Source of the DNA: Nitrosopumilaceae archaeon
GTDB lineage: Archaea > Thermoproteota > Nitrososphaeria > Nitrososphaerales > Nitrosopumilaceae
Direction: 5' to 3'
Assembly: GCA_965207375.1 (NCBI GenBank)
Contig: CBDBMG010000003.1
Coordinates: forward strand, 704,001-768,000
Length of the DNA: 64,000 bases
Positions 1-13,637 of this stretch are shown here, one piece after another (the first letter of the stretch is position 1; every line of letters begins with the position of its first letter). The notes beneath the pieces are model-generated. The model did no database searches and was not told the DNA's origin. It worked only from the letters and a program-made list of their open reading frames with translations. The translations under genes and the position numbers were made by a program.

Positions 1-199
1 TCAGGCAAAGCACGAGTGCCTGTGTTACAACTATTACATATGGATTCATTATAATAATTATACCACAAAACCAATGGCATTGCCTAGCAACCACACAATA
101 ACACATGAGTAACTTGTGATTGTAGTAGTCACAGGTAGACACAGGTAAAGACGGGTAGACAGTGCACTAGATAAAGGTAGATTGCACAGACCTGGTATC

Positions 200-596
200 C
201 AGATGTTTGAACATGCCCTGATGAAGTATCCTAAAAGTTGGGCAATGGCATGCTGATGATATGCTGCTTTACTTTCTAGTAATACAGCTACCAGATGTAA
301 ATAGTTATTTAATGCAGCAACATGGGCAATCGGTAATGCTTCTGGATGATACTGAGTCAGTCAAACCACTTGATCACTAGAAGCTTCAAACTCAAGATTT
401 GACATTCTGTCCTCCACTGCAAAGGTAAAATTATAAAGTGCACACAACGTAATCACCATATGGTTAGCTGATGATACTCTAATGTCAGCTCATTCACATT
501 GCAGCTACGTACCTTCATAATACTTCTCCACTTCTGCAATTTCAGACATGCAAGCCGCAGCTTCTACATTGAGATTTTTTTCAAAATATGATCTTT
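200..596 (-). pseudogene. Possible further exons (596-513; 416-~200), one with an ankyrin-like motif
   Basis: An 84-bp AG/GT-bounded phase-1 exon is followed by a phase-compatible exon encoding LPIAHVAALNNYLHLVAVLLE; one in-frame stop. Confidence 0.25.
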
Positions 597-809
597 CTAA
601 GAATATGATTTTTTCAAAATATAATTTAATAGAAACCAATAAAGTAAATTATCCAGAATTATGAAATTTATATTATTAAAGAAAAAGTCACATACATAGC
701 TACCTACACTGTAAGTATTATTATATTATAAATTTCAGTCATTAATTTCTTGATGAGCATCATCAAAGTTTACGCTAAACTGGGATTTGCTTGATGTTGA
801 GGATTTTGA

Positions 810-3800
810 TCATAATAACATTGGGGTCATTCGTACTTCTTTCAGATACTTCTTACTTTTCTTTACAGATATTTCTTGCAGGACATTTTCCAATACACCA
901 ATCCAATCCTTTTTATTACTTGTGGGGTCTACTTCAAAATAGGTCATGATGTCATTATTATGTCCTAATTGTTCTATTGCAAATGCTTCTTTACTGTTAA
1001 AACTTGGAGTTGTTGTGTTTCTCTTCAGTGTGGCATGTAGCACCGTGATGATACTTGGATTACACAATGGTAGGATAGCCTTAACATTTCTTGATGTACC
1101 TCTGTTGAATTCTCTCCTAGAATAACAGCAGATTCTGTTGTCACTGATAACCACCCACTCTTGACTACCGTTGTACCTGACATGAAACAATAATAAATTA
1201 AACATAGAATTAAGAGAAACAAGTATAATCTATATGCATTAGCGACAGGATTATATGCAACTTATTCCATTGCTGTTGTTAAGAATATACATGCAGTATA
1301 GTTTTTATACAGGGGAAATATTGATGGATTTAACACTAATCTGTCAAAACTTATCCTTTCCAGTAGTATAGCTAATACATGTGACCTAAGATTAAAATAC
1401 TGTCTGTCTAGGATTATTTCCCTATCAGATTTCTAAATGAAGTGATCGATCAATATTTTTATTACATCAAAAATTGCATTATATACGTAGTACAATGATG
1501 TTGTGAGGAAGTCAAGACTCATCACTAAGGAACACATAGCAACACCTGTATATTTATTACTATAGCTACGTAACCAGTCTTCTTTTAAGTGTTTTGCTAC
1601 TGCATAGCATACCCATGCACTCTTATCTATTGTATAACTGATTAAATACCATTACAGTGAAATGGACAGCTAATATAGCATAACCTTGGCAGAAAATTCA
1701 CAATGTGCTTCTTATTAAGGCCATGTCCATTCATAATAATAGCAAGTGTCATAAAAAGATGGCATTAGAGCTACTTTAACTGGCTTCATTTCATGTTTGT
1801 TTATAGACTGGGGGTGGATACACACACATACCAATTTCTCAGACAAATGCACTAGGTTTAACCCTTGGCCCCACAGAAAATGATAGAACGCGTAGTCCAA
1901 AATTGCATATTAATTTAGCATTCATGTTCTTGTTGTTAAAAGGCCCAGCAATGGCCTGGTGCCAAGCACACGGGCCATTTATTGTACACAAAACAAATAT
2001 ACCTCTATAAGCATCCATACTTTTGTAATATAAGCTAAACAAGTCTCTGGTTACAAAGCGATTCACTGGTTTTCTATTTTCATCAAAAAAATCTTTGCCT
2101 TTCACATACGGGCTGTCATTTTTTGAAGCAATAACCAATATATCACCAGATGCAGAATCGCATGAGGAACAAAATGGTACAAGACATTTTTTAATAGAAG
2201 CGATGACGGTCAAATTATGGCTGCTTTTTTAAAGGCATGCAGGTGAAAAGGAAGAAGCTTTGTCACTTTGAGCCTTCCTGAGGACGGATGATTTTATTGG
2301 AGCTGTTTGCCAATACGACCGTTCGAATCTGAACTTAAGGGAGAGTAATAACATAATTTCATAGGCCATATAATATTTAAGTTAGCTCGGTTTGTTTGCT
2401 TGCGTGTAGTTAAAAACCAGTATATTGGCTTATATGGGTTATAGTGGGGCGGCATAGCAAATCCATTGTGCAAATTGTGATAAAAGCACCAAATCTGGCA
2501 CACAGGTTGATAATTATATTATGAAACAATTTAGATATTGGGCCATTGTAGGTTTCATCCCATCTCTGAAAGACCACACCCCCTTATCAATATTCCTACC
2601 AATGCTTACAAACTTGCTAAATACAAGATTCAAAATATTCTAAAATGAGTACATTAACTTGAAAAGTAGCTAGCTAGCTGTCTACTTGTAGAGCTATGTA
2701 CATACATTATGTACAATAGTATAATTATACTATTATATGTCAATAATTTTATGAACACTCTCCTTCACATGCACACAGAGATGTACATTTAAGTGCAGCC
2801 TTCTTGGCTGTCTTCTTACCATGACCAACAAAACTGGACACAGTGTCACAACCAGTAAGTGCATGAAACATTGGGAGTGCCAGTGATTTCTCTGGTCCAA
2901 GTCTATTGGCTGTTTTATGAGCTGCTATATACCGGAAATATTTGCTAGTTCCAAATGCTAGCCAGAGTTCATATTCTGAACCTAGACCTTGTGCCACATA
3001 CAATGCTAGTATCACAAAATCTGTATCTACAGTCCAGATCAATATTTTGTGATGACCACAGTGTGATCAGCTTCTTCATGTCTACAAGGAGAGAGTGAGG
3101 CAATATCATGCAGTGGGGGCTTGCTCAGAACTAATTTTCCATCAGTGATAACAAGCTATTTCTCCTCCTGATTGAATGAATCAAACAGCATGAGACAAGA
3201 ATTTGTATAATTCAGTCTTGTTATCCACACGAAGAAAATCTTTCCAATTTCCTGGAATAAGTGCCCCAGCAACTACACGTCTACGTACTCCTTTCCCACA
3301 TTTTGCTCTGGTTGTACCTTTCAAAGTATCTTCTAAGTACCTGTCCCACACCAGGTCCACACATGATGCATTTTGAAACCGTGAGAAAATGTAAGGAATA
3401 AAGATTTGAGAGGCATATTCAGCAAAATTCTTGATAGCAGTAGGCTTCAGCATTTGGAAAATGACAGCTCCATCAAGTATTACACTATAGCTACTTGCCA
3501 CTGGAGCCTCAGATTGAGTCTCAGAGAGATTTTTCAAGCATATTAGCAGGTTACTTTTGGTACCTAGATAGAAGTTGCCACAATCAGATAGCGCTGGAAG
3601 ATATGCTTGATTTTCATGAGGAAAGAATTCTTCAAGATTTCCATCTCTAGTCTGGCATCCAATGTAAATTCGTGAGAAAAGTTCTACATCAGATTTTGTG
3701 AGGTCAATTGCTATTTACCTTAACCCATATTTGTTTTAGCCGTGTTTTTAAACAACTTTAGCTTGTTGTGATGAATCACATCATCAATTGATTTTGATCG

Positions 3801-6800
3801 ATCAACAAGACATTCTTTGGTGAAAGCTCGAAATTGCTCTTGGCCTATCCTTTGCACATTTTGAATTGTCTCTATTGCTGTGCAATCTGCAATCTCCTTG
3901 CTGTCAAGAACTAAAACATCAGTACTTTCTTCTTCAAAGGGATTACCAAGATCTTCCATCACACTGACAAGAGAGCAAACATCTTTAGCAAAATGAAATT
4001 TGGACACTTGGTGCTTGGTCATGATGATTTGTATTAACTTTACTCCCAAAGTGATAGTGATCATCATGAAACTCTTCTATTATCCTAGCAACTTCTGGGC
4101 CTGCTATCATCCAATGTTGGAGAGCATTTGGATTATCAGTTAGGCCAACAGCTCCTCCATCTCCTATGATGTAGCTATTGTTTTGCTCATGTGCTTGATC
4201 AATAGGGATAGCAGAGAACACTCTATTGGTCTTCTGAATAGCGAAATTACCATCACTAAACGTTTTGGCTATCTCTGGGTGTTCAGTTGGAACTTCAGCC
4301 ATGTATTTGAGATAAACAGGAATCCATCGAGCATAATTGGTGTGATCTAGGACAAAGAAACAGGGAGTGAGTTCTGTTAGAGCATCAAGGTACATAGTGA
4401 AAGATGCCTAGCATAAAGAACGTACATAGACTAATACACAGAGTTCTAATTCCATAACAGTCGCCCAGTATTGAAAATGGAGACAGATTTGTGCTCTTTG
4501 ATTACACCATTGTTTAAACTCCAATATCTCTTGTTCACCTTCTATGGATGTTAGACAGTAGTAATCATAAGTGTGATTTTTTTTAAATATATAACGCGGT
4601 AACTGTAACTTGATGGGCTCTTATGATTCAAGTAACGTGTGCTGCTTGCAAAAAGGAGTCAGCTATCCCTGGTGTTGTAACATTAGCTTGCACCAGCGCT
4701 TGCACCCAGCCACTTCCTTTTAACCAGTCCCCGAGAGTCTTCTGGATTTGGTTTGCTTAGGCATATAGAGGCTGATCAAGAGTGACTACTGGTGTCTGCC
4801 CAGGATTCAGATGCTCAATCGCACTCTTGATTACATGCAAGGAGTGCTTGATCGTTGCTACTGTGTGAGCAGATTCAAGAAACAGTGGAAGTAAGGCAGT
4901 TGGACAGATGACATGACTCTGCAGTGGCTGACGACTTGCGTGGTATGCAGCCCAAGATATATTACTAAAAGTCTCATTTTTGCTGTCTAGTACTTCTCTT
5001 GTATACTTAAGCCAGCAGTATTCTTGCTCAGTTTGCTGCTTGTAGCTGCGTATTCCAGTTCAAAGATATGTTACTGGTAGCTGGAACAGATGACTTCTTA
5101 ATGCTTTCATTAACAGGGGGCATATCAGTGTAGAAGTATAGCAAATCATCAACTGATTTACAACTTACATCCTGAGATACTCTCTCAATGACAATATTTT
5201 GATCCACTCCTTCACCATCATATGTGGGATGCTGAAAGAGAGAAATTCCAGTGCCATGAAAAGACTCTTTTGATGTTGTTGAACTAGGGTAAATGGAATT
5301 CTCCATCACCTCTAAAAGTTTGCTAGGCAACTAATTAGCAAACAATAATATGGGAACATACAAGATTACACGAAAACACAACATAACTACATAAAAACAC
5401 AAGATAAGTAACACAAGATAAGTACATGAAAACACAAAATAAGACATATAGAGAAAATCAAAATTAGGACCATTTTAAATGGTTGCTAATGACCCCAGAT
5501 GTAAAAATTATAATGGCCCAATATCCAGATTTGTGTATAATGCATTTTTCAATACATATACCAAATTTCGTGCTTTATCACAAAGTGCACAATTGTCACT
5601 AATTTTTTGCTATGCCGCCCCACTATTAGAGTGTTAAAAACAGAACTGTTTTAATTGCAACTTGATTAACTCATAATTGCAGTGATCAGATTAATAAAGC
5701 AAAATGTTTCTCTAGAGCATAATAAAAGTATTAAAATGCATAGCACATAGCTAGCTATGTACTGTATAGCTATGTGGAAAATTTTGCAAGATGTATATTT
5801 CACAGAAGGCAAGTAGCTATGAAAAGATTTCAAGGTTTATGTTTTGCTGATCTGCAAGTTGAATACATTGTTTCCTTAAGCCACTACTTATTTTTGAGGT
5901 TAATATTTTGTGCTCAGCAAGCTTACAGCGCAATATGATAATTTATATACCTCGAAAATTTTCTCGTAGCTATACAGTATTTAATTGTTCAGACATTATA
6001 ATGGACCTTATTCAAAAGTGTGAAGCTGTTTAAGTTTTCCTCATCATCTATGCTACATGTATGTACATAAACTACATAAAGGCTTGCACATACCATAAAT
6101 TCCATGTGGCTAAAAATTTTTGGCTTAATTGAAGGGTAGGATATAAATACATTATATTATGAATAATGGTAATAGTCTATCACTCGCCTAGTAAGGAATG
6201 AAGCCAGCTATCATTCTTTGAAGGTTTAGTAGATTTTTATAGTAAGGTAGCTATGTAGCACTATAAGTGAGTAGCTATAGCATGCTCTTCTCTACAAACT
6301 TCACTACACCAAAAATCTGCTTATTCCGTACAAAGTAAAACATCAGTTACAAATCAATAGCAATGTTCATAATGTATCTTACTTCTTCCGTAGGCTTGCT
6401 ATACAAATTATACCACATTCCATAAAATATGAATTTACAGTTTTTGCAAGCCTCTGGTTTAAGTACGCATGTTATTGATGTCACAGAGAACTTAAATGGC
6501 TTCGTGCTTTTGATTAAATACTATGGCAATAAACTTTTTCTAGGACACTTTGTCAGATCAAACTTTACAAAATGTCTAATGACTTGGCTACTATGCTGTT
6601 ACTTACTTTCCTTGATGATAAACTTTCAGCCATCCCTCTTTTCTAATCTGTACATATTCCACTGCTGTATGCTTGTCTTGACTATCAATCTTCAACATTT
6701 TACTGGAGGGCGGTTGTGCAAACATGTGGTCTGCTAGTTCTGCTGGTAGTCCACAGGTGTTGGGCAGATCAGCAGCACACTTGGGATGACATGCAACTTT

Positions 6801-7146
6801 ACAATCTGCATAATGAATACATATTTATAAGTGTATAAACAGCTATACATTATATATGTACGTATATAGCTTATAAGGGCTGGTTTTTTCTGCATAACTT
6901 TTAAAAATAGATTACCTTGTTAAGTTATAATCAGTACTTCAAATTATTCTTGAAAACATAGAGTACTAAGTTAAACACATGCTTGAGGATATCTGTGATA
7001 TAATAAGCCAGTTCACCCCTATAGCTGTGTAGTTGTGTGTATGTATAAACTTACATTTACACTTCATACTATTGTGTCCTCTCTTGATGGCAGTCTTACA
7101 AGCAGCACAGTTGAGTGCTTGCATTGACATACATGCACTAGAAAAC
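810..7146 (-). CDS. Divergent citron/MRCK-like C1-PH domain gene segment; exons 7146-7055, 6805-6607 and 1176-~810 (partial, possibly decaying)
   Basis: GT-AG-bounded exons splice in phase to RFSSACMSMQALNCAACKTAIKRGHNSMKCKYCKVACHPKCAADLPNTCGLPAEL (C1 zinc finger; citron has CHPKC..LP.TCGLPAE), then EGWLKVYHQGK|YNGSQEWVVISDNRICCY...LPLCNPS...KKDWIGVLENVL (PH domain). The ~5.4 kb intron contains the Academ element. Confidence 0.7.
2442..5625 (-). mobile_element. AcademX-type DNA transposon, internally deleted
   Basis: TIRs TAGTGGGGCGGCATAGCAAA / TTTGCTATGCCGCCCCACTA (20 bp perfect, longer imperfect); 3-bp TSD TTA (2439-2441, 5626-5628); TAG..CTA termini. Confidence 0.85.
2749..5330 (-). pseudogene. 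Academ transposase with XPG/FEN1-like nuclease and C-terminal Cys-rich (CXC) domain, fragmented
   Basis: Motifs FHGTGISLFQHP, TLDQPLYA, DHTNYARW, IPIDQAHEQNN, ILDGA, DLVWDRY, TVDTDFV, FHALTGCDTVSSF.GHGKK and CTSLCACEGEC, spread across several frames with stops and deletions. Confidence 0.85.
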
Positions 7147-8164
7147 CTACAGGAGTAGTGTACATCACTGGTTACATGTACGTAGATTACAACAAGATAA
7201 CTATCAGTTAGCAATCATATTCAATAAGCTGAATAGGGTTACAACATGTATAAGAATAGCCGATTACATTCTGTATCATGTAGCTAGCTATATAGCTATG
7301 TACACTACACCAAAGCATCAGCAATTAGCTAGTCATTAACATAATAATTATGTACCATACAGCAGGGTTACCAAGTGGCTGGTACTTGGGCCTGTGGGGC
7401 AAAAAAACTGAGTCCCAAATTTATACTTATGTAATTACACAGTTTATAATTATGAACTTACAGACCTTATGTACAGCTAGGCACTAATTTAGCCTAACAT
7501 AGTAAAAGGTTGGGTAATTTTCACGAGATACATTTCTTTATCAGTGATCTCCAACTATACAGATGGTAAGTTACTTGTTCTTAATAGATTTCACGCTTGT
7601 TTATTGTATAAACACTAAATTCCTTTTCCGTTGCTAACGTAGAAGCTAACATTTATCCCAGTGTTTACAAGTTATAATTAGTATATAGTGTGCGTACTGC
7701 ATACTAGTATTATTAAAATATAGGAACAAAAATGCTTCATGCCTTTTGGCTTGAAGATCATAGTAGAATCACGACTAGATTATGTGTGTCCAAATAAAAC
7801 TTGCATACTTTCATCAATAAAGATTGGCTTGACAAATGGTCGACCATATAATATCCATGATGATAACATTGTACAGCAGCTAATGGACAGATGACAATTA
7901 ATGTTGATACGCTGTGGCTGCACATAATTGGACACCCAGTATATGTGTATGCCTTTCTAATAATGGCTTCATTGATAGTACACACAAAGTTTGGTGAATT
8001 GCAATCAATTTAGCGAAGTTTTTTGCCAATATTGATGTCATTGTAATTGTCATGACAATGTTCATGCCAATTTGTGTCATAAATGTATAATACAACACTA
8101 CCCTTATGGCTAACATAGAAAAGTTTACATGGAGTACATTATAAGAACATTGAACACAGATTAG

Positions 8165-8272
8165 TTTTTAATAGCCTCAGGAGTGGATACACATACACTG
8201 ACACACACTCACACTTCATGGACCAAAGAAACCAGGTGCGCGCCAGCCACCATCTGGTATGTGCCTGGTTTA
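8165..8272 (-). mobile_element. Truncated end of the Helentron-like family seen at 48830-49497
   Basis: AAACCAGGTGCGCGCC...GCCTGGTTT hairpin next to a CA-rich tract and TTTAATAGCC, matching the reverse complement of 48830-48960. Confidence 0.55.
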
Positions 8273-8340
8273 GCAAGATCAAGAGAGACAAGCACCAATA
8301 TAAATGTCATAAACAATTGTGTAAAGCCTACTATTGTTTA

Positions 8341-8705
8341 AAAAAGCCTGCCTGGGCACCGACCCCGGCCGCTAACACCGTGGCAAAGCCTGCCTGGGCA
8401 CCGACCCTGGCCGCTAACACCGTGGCAAAGCCTACCTGGGCACTCAAACGATTTGTAACGAAAATTTACGGAAAATTAAACGGGGTTGAATCTCTGCGCA
8501 TAACGAGATTGAATAAAATTGACGGGCGGGCGTAATTCGTCACCTGGGCAAACTTCACAGGGGTGAGAAATTATCGCGCACCCAAGCCAGGTGCGTGTGA
8601 GAACAAAACGCATACGGTCACTTCACCAGACCCTTTCTGAGCGGGCGCTTATAATCTCTAATCGATAAGCGCCCTGCGACAAAAGGGTCTGGCTACGCGA
8701 GACTA
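8341..8705. mobile_element. Truncated TAG..CTA-ended element related to 32210-32353, containing a 42-bp tandem repeat
   Basis: Ends GGGTCTGGCTACGCGAGACTA, nearly the same as 32333-32353; internal hairpin at 8624-8692; ~2.3 copies of AAGCCTGCCTGGGCACCGACCCCGGCCGCTAACACCGTGGCA. Confidence 0.6.
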
Positions 8706-8795
8706 GACCCTCCTATATAGTTCCTTACCAATTTGGGGCAGTGATACAGTTGCAGATGCAGGCTGTACAGGCCATACCTGAGGCACTTGTACATA

Positions 8796-8868
8796 CTGCA
8801 GCGGCTGCTGCTGCTGCTGCTGTCGTCGTTGTGGTTGTTGTTGTTGTTGTTGCTGCTGCTGCTGTTGC
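8796..8868. repeat. Compound (CTG)/(GTC)/(GTT) trinucleotide microsatellite
   Basis: Directly visible. Confidence 0.9.
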
Positions 8869-8873
8869 CTATA

Positions 8874-9426
8874 CCGTACGTGGGAAAATTTTGGAGTGGG
8901 AAAAAATTGGCGAATTTGGCGAATTGTGGTCTCTTCGCCAATATTTTACCCGCCAATAATTTCTTTTCGGAAACACAAAATTATTTCAGTAACTGAAATA
9001 CAAAGCACTCTCCTTTTACTATAGCTAAAACGCTTACACAGTAAAACGGACGCTTAATACACCGTTAGCTACTCCTTTTCAACCTTGTTCACAAGACGCT
9101 TCGTTTACTAAGGTCACGCCCATCAACAAAATCGATTCAACACAATGAAACCTGCTGTATAAGCATAGCGAATAGCTATAGAAGTTGGTTAACCAATCAC
9201 AGAGGGTTCAATTTCACAAGAAAACGTGCAAACGCTCAAATTACTGGTTACGCGCTTTTAAGTTAAGCGCCTTCAAACGGCGATTATTATTACTAATTAC
9301 GCGCATCCAAAGTATATTTGTAAACAATTGGCCAACTCAGCTCATTCGCCAATATTTTACCCGCCAATTGGTTCAGGTTAGCCTATTCGCCAATATTTTA
9401 CCCCTCCAAATTTTTCCCACGTACGG
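8874..9426. mobile_element. Tc2/pogo-type MITE (CCGTA..TACGG termini)
   Basis: TA|CCGTACGTGGGAAAATTTTGGAG ... CTCCAAATTTTTCCCACGTACGG; internal TTCGCCAATATTTTACCC repeats; the right-hand TA is missing. Confidence 0.8.
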
Positions 9427-9551
9427 GAAAGCATGGCATGTCTGTTAAAGATTTCCTCAAAGGAGTCGATTCCTCAAATAAACAAATGGAAGCAAATCTT
9501 TCAATTATGTTTCAATCTGTTAGGGGCACAAAGCAATACTGGTTTCTTAAG
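9427..9551 (+). pseudogene. Helitron/Helentron Rep-domain fragment
   Basis: MSVKDFLKGVDSSNKQMEANLSIMFQSVRGTKQYWFLK matches the (L/V)RG(S/T)xQYW motif that precedes the HUH motifs of RepHel proteins. Confidence 0.6.
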
Positions 9552-9972
9552 GTTACGGGTGATGCGCTTAATATTGAATATTATTTTTGGTGGCGTGATG
9601 ACTGTTTTGGCTTATTAATCCACATGATGCTCCGTTTCACTTCATGGTCAGTATCAGTGATGAATATAAGTATAAGCGATTAGTGAAAACCACTTTTAAA
9701 TCGTGTGGGAAGCCTATCTTGCTCGAAGTTTACCACATGCGTAATTAAAATACCGGCTTCATTACTCATCAAAAAAGCCAATTTTCAGCCCAGTTCAGCC
9801 AGTGTCACCTACTAGTATCGATACAATGGGATATTATCTAGGTCCTGTCGTGGAGACTTTGTGAAATAAACGCTTTGTGAACTCAGGGCTACACTTAGTT
9901 ACACGTCTACGGCTGTAAGATGGCTGTTGACGACAAGCGGTGGAGGCTTCAAAACATTATGGCTGGTTCGTA

Positions 9973-11008
<1,036 letters not shown>

Positions 11009-11410
11009 AAGATTACCTCATCCATCCGCAAAACTTTTCCACCGTGAACAAAAAGCAATATACGGTATTGAAAAAGAAAATTTTGACAGATTGCTCAAAT
11101 CCATCAATATTTGACGGAGTGCCAAATCCATCAATATTTCTGCCATCAATACGGTAGTGTAAGCAGATTTAGAAATTTTGAATGGAGTTCTGTCGTGTAT
11201 CAAAATTAACTATTTTATAAATTATTAATCCAGCTATCTTGGGTATTGCAAAAATAGCTCACATTGATAATTGTATCAATACTGACAGTTTGTCATATGT
11301 ACGTACTAATATAAATAATTTACTACTTACGTAGCTAGAAATTTTGTAATACTTTTAATATACGTATCTAACTTTTTATTATCAAAGAAGGATACTGATA
11401 ACATTATATA

Positions 11411-11651
11411 TGTGACTGGATTTGCAAAAAGATCTTATACATGCATCCAATTTTTCAACTTTGAGGAGATGTAACTTAGCTTGTATGTAGTTGAGCTACA
11501 GCTTTGAAAGATTGTGAGAAGACTTTCCTATCATTAAACTAGTGTGGGTGAAATTTTAATGCAATAGCTTAATCACAAACAAAGATATGACTCATCAAAG
11601 TTGCAAAATCAGATGCATGTATAAGATTTCTTTTCACAAATCCAGTCACAC
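11411..11651. mobile_element. MITE with TGTGAC..GTCACA termini in a TA-rich site
   Basis: TGTGACTGGATTTGCAAAAAG ... CTTTTCACAAATCCAGTCACA; homologous to ~45599-45838. Confidence 0.7.
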
Positions 11652-11865
11652 ATATATATAAGCATTGAATATTAAAAAATTTACATGTTTATGTGTATGA
11701 ATCATTGAAAACAACTGTGTATACTACCATGATTCAGTTTATGTATTTTATTACTAAGTTGTGTATCCTATATATATTCCATTCTCCATTTCGTATTATG
11801 CAAATCTAGCAAAATATCTTTTTTATATCAACTATTAATTGGTAGCTGACTATGATTTGTTGTAG

Positions 11866-11982
11866 ATCGAACATGTCAACGCAACAATGGAGGATGTCAA
11901 CATATATGCACCGAGACACAGACCAGTGTTATTTGTTCTTGCCGTAGTGGCTTTCGGTTAGTTAATGGTCGATATTGTAAAG
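11866..11982 (+). CDS. Single EGF-like domain exon (phase 1-1) of an unidentified host gene
   Basis: tgtag|...|gtgagt, 117 bp, no stops; RTCQRNNGGCQHICTETQTSVICSCRSGFRLVNGRYCK has six Cys and the NGGC.H.C pattern. Confidence 0.8.
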
Positions 11983-12402
11983 GTGAGTCACACCAGTTTA
12001 TTACTTTTTGTCATCCAAATTTCAGGTGTAGAGTGATCATTAATTTTAGCTAGTATGAATATTGGCAAATGGGACTACTGTTTTAAATGGATTTTTATCA
12101 TGTGATTTTCTACACATTGCCTTAGGATTACATTTTATCATTTTATAGAAAAATATCAGTAGATTACAGAAATATATGTAGATCAGGGGAATATTGTGTA
12201 GCATTTAATGACAGTTTGTTGAAGCCAATGGAGTTTAATCCACTCTATAAGCTATTTATATGCCTTGTCGTTGTATTTTTATAAAGATAAGTGGCATTAT
12301 GATAGCAGGTTGTACATTTCTCAGCCATTTATAGGTATAAAAAGAATAAAATTTAATATGTACGTACATATAATGCAGTGGTAGTCTGCATGTAATTGGT
12401 AA

Positions 12403-12525
12403 CATACATACATACATACATACATACATACATACATACATACATACATACATACATACATACATACATACATACATACATACATACATACATACATACA
12501 TACATACATACATACATACATACAT
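12403..12525. repeat. (CATA)n microsatellite
   Basis: Pure tetranucleotide array. Confidence 0.97.
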
Positions 12526-12682
12526 AGTAATTGGTAAATCTAAAACACAGTAGACTGTAGACAGTTCATGCCTCTAATATCAATAGCAGCTAAGCTGAAT
12601 AGCTTCAAAGGAGGTGTGAAGTTGCAAACAGTAAACAACACTCCTCAGCCCACCTACAAGATGAAATCACAGCATTGATGGA

Positions 12683-13637
12683 GGCTGTTGCTGTTCACTG
12701 GAGTGGACTAGACTACTGGACTGGAATACTGGACTGGAAACTGGACTGAGTCTTTTTTTATTTTTATGCACATTTAACAGGGAGTGTATAAACAGTGGAC
12801 TAGACTACTGGAATAGTGGAATGGTGGAATGGATACTTTATTATCATGTTATAGCTTCCCTGTAGTGTTTATGCCTACCTTCTTACTCTACACAGCTAAT
12901 GTTTATATATCGTTATTATATGCAGCTAGATGCGTCTAAATCTTAATCTTGGCTGTTGTACGTAGTGCTGTACATGCTTTCATCATTCAATCATTAATTT
13001 ATGCAGCTCAATTATTTGGAGAAGGTGTAATAAACATTTATCAAGTATGGGCCCCTACTAGGACTGAAACAAATATGTATCTAAATATCGGCAGGTGATC
13101 CTTTAGAATAGTAGCCAATTGTTTCAAGCACCTCTGAAATATTTTGTGCTGCAATTAAATGATGAAAGCATGTACAACACTATGTACAGCAATAAGATTT
13201 AGACACATCTAGCTGCATATAATGAGATAAACATTAGCTGTGTAGAGTAAGAAGGTAGGCATAAACATTATAGGGAAGCTACAACATGATAAACAATGAA
13301 AACAAAATATCACAGCTACATCAGTATCAAGGTTTCAATAACAATTTTCTTTGAGGCTTTTCATCCATATAGTAACCATAATAATACGTACATATCATAT
13401 CAGCTATTAATACTCAAACCTATATAACTAACTAATGCAATTAATTAATGAATTGCTGAAACAACCAATAAAATGCTAAATCATGGTTGCAGCTAATATA
13501 CCAGAATTAACTTCAAAGTACTTCATAATTTATGGTCATTTAAAAAGAATTCAAGATATCCAATATTTGGTAAAAATAACCCTCCAAAAAGGAAAAAGAT
13601 TCAGTCCAGTAGGTCAGTCCAGTGAATAGTGACAGCA
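12683..13637. mobile_element. Mutator-like MITE containing an internal ~150-bp inverted repeat
   Basis: Imperfect TIR GGCTGTTGCTGTTCACTGGA / TCCAGTGAATAGTGACAGCA; 9-bp TSD ATTGATGGA / ATTGAAGGA (1 mismatch); inverted arms at ~12842-13007 and ~13148-13291. Confidence 0.55.

Noticed and set aside
8693-8996. Poly-Ala/Val/Leu ORFs resembling signal peptides
   Set aside because: Produced by a trinucleotide microsatellite joined to a MITE end.
9547-9970. TTAA-GG start suggestive of a Kolobok-type end
   Set aside because: No matching opposite terminus or second TTAA-bounded TIR found.
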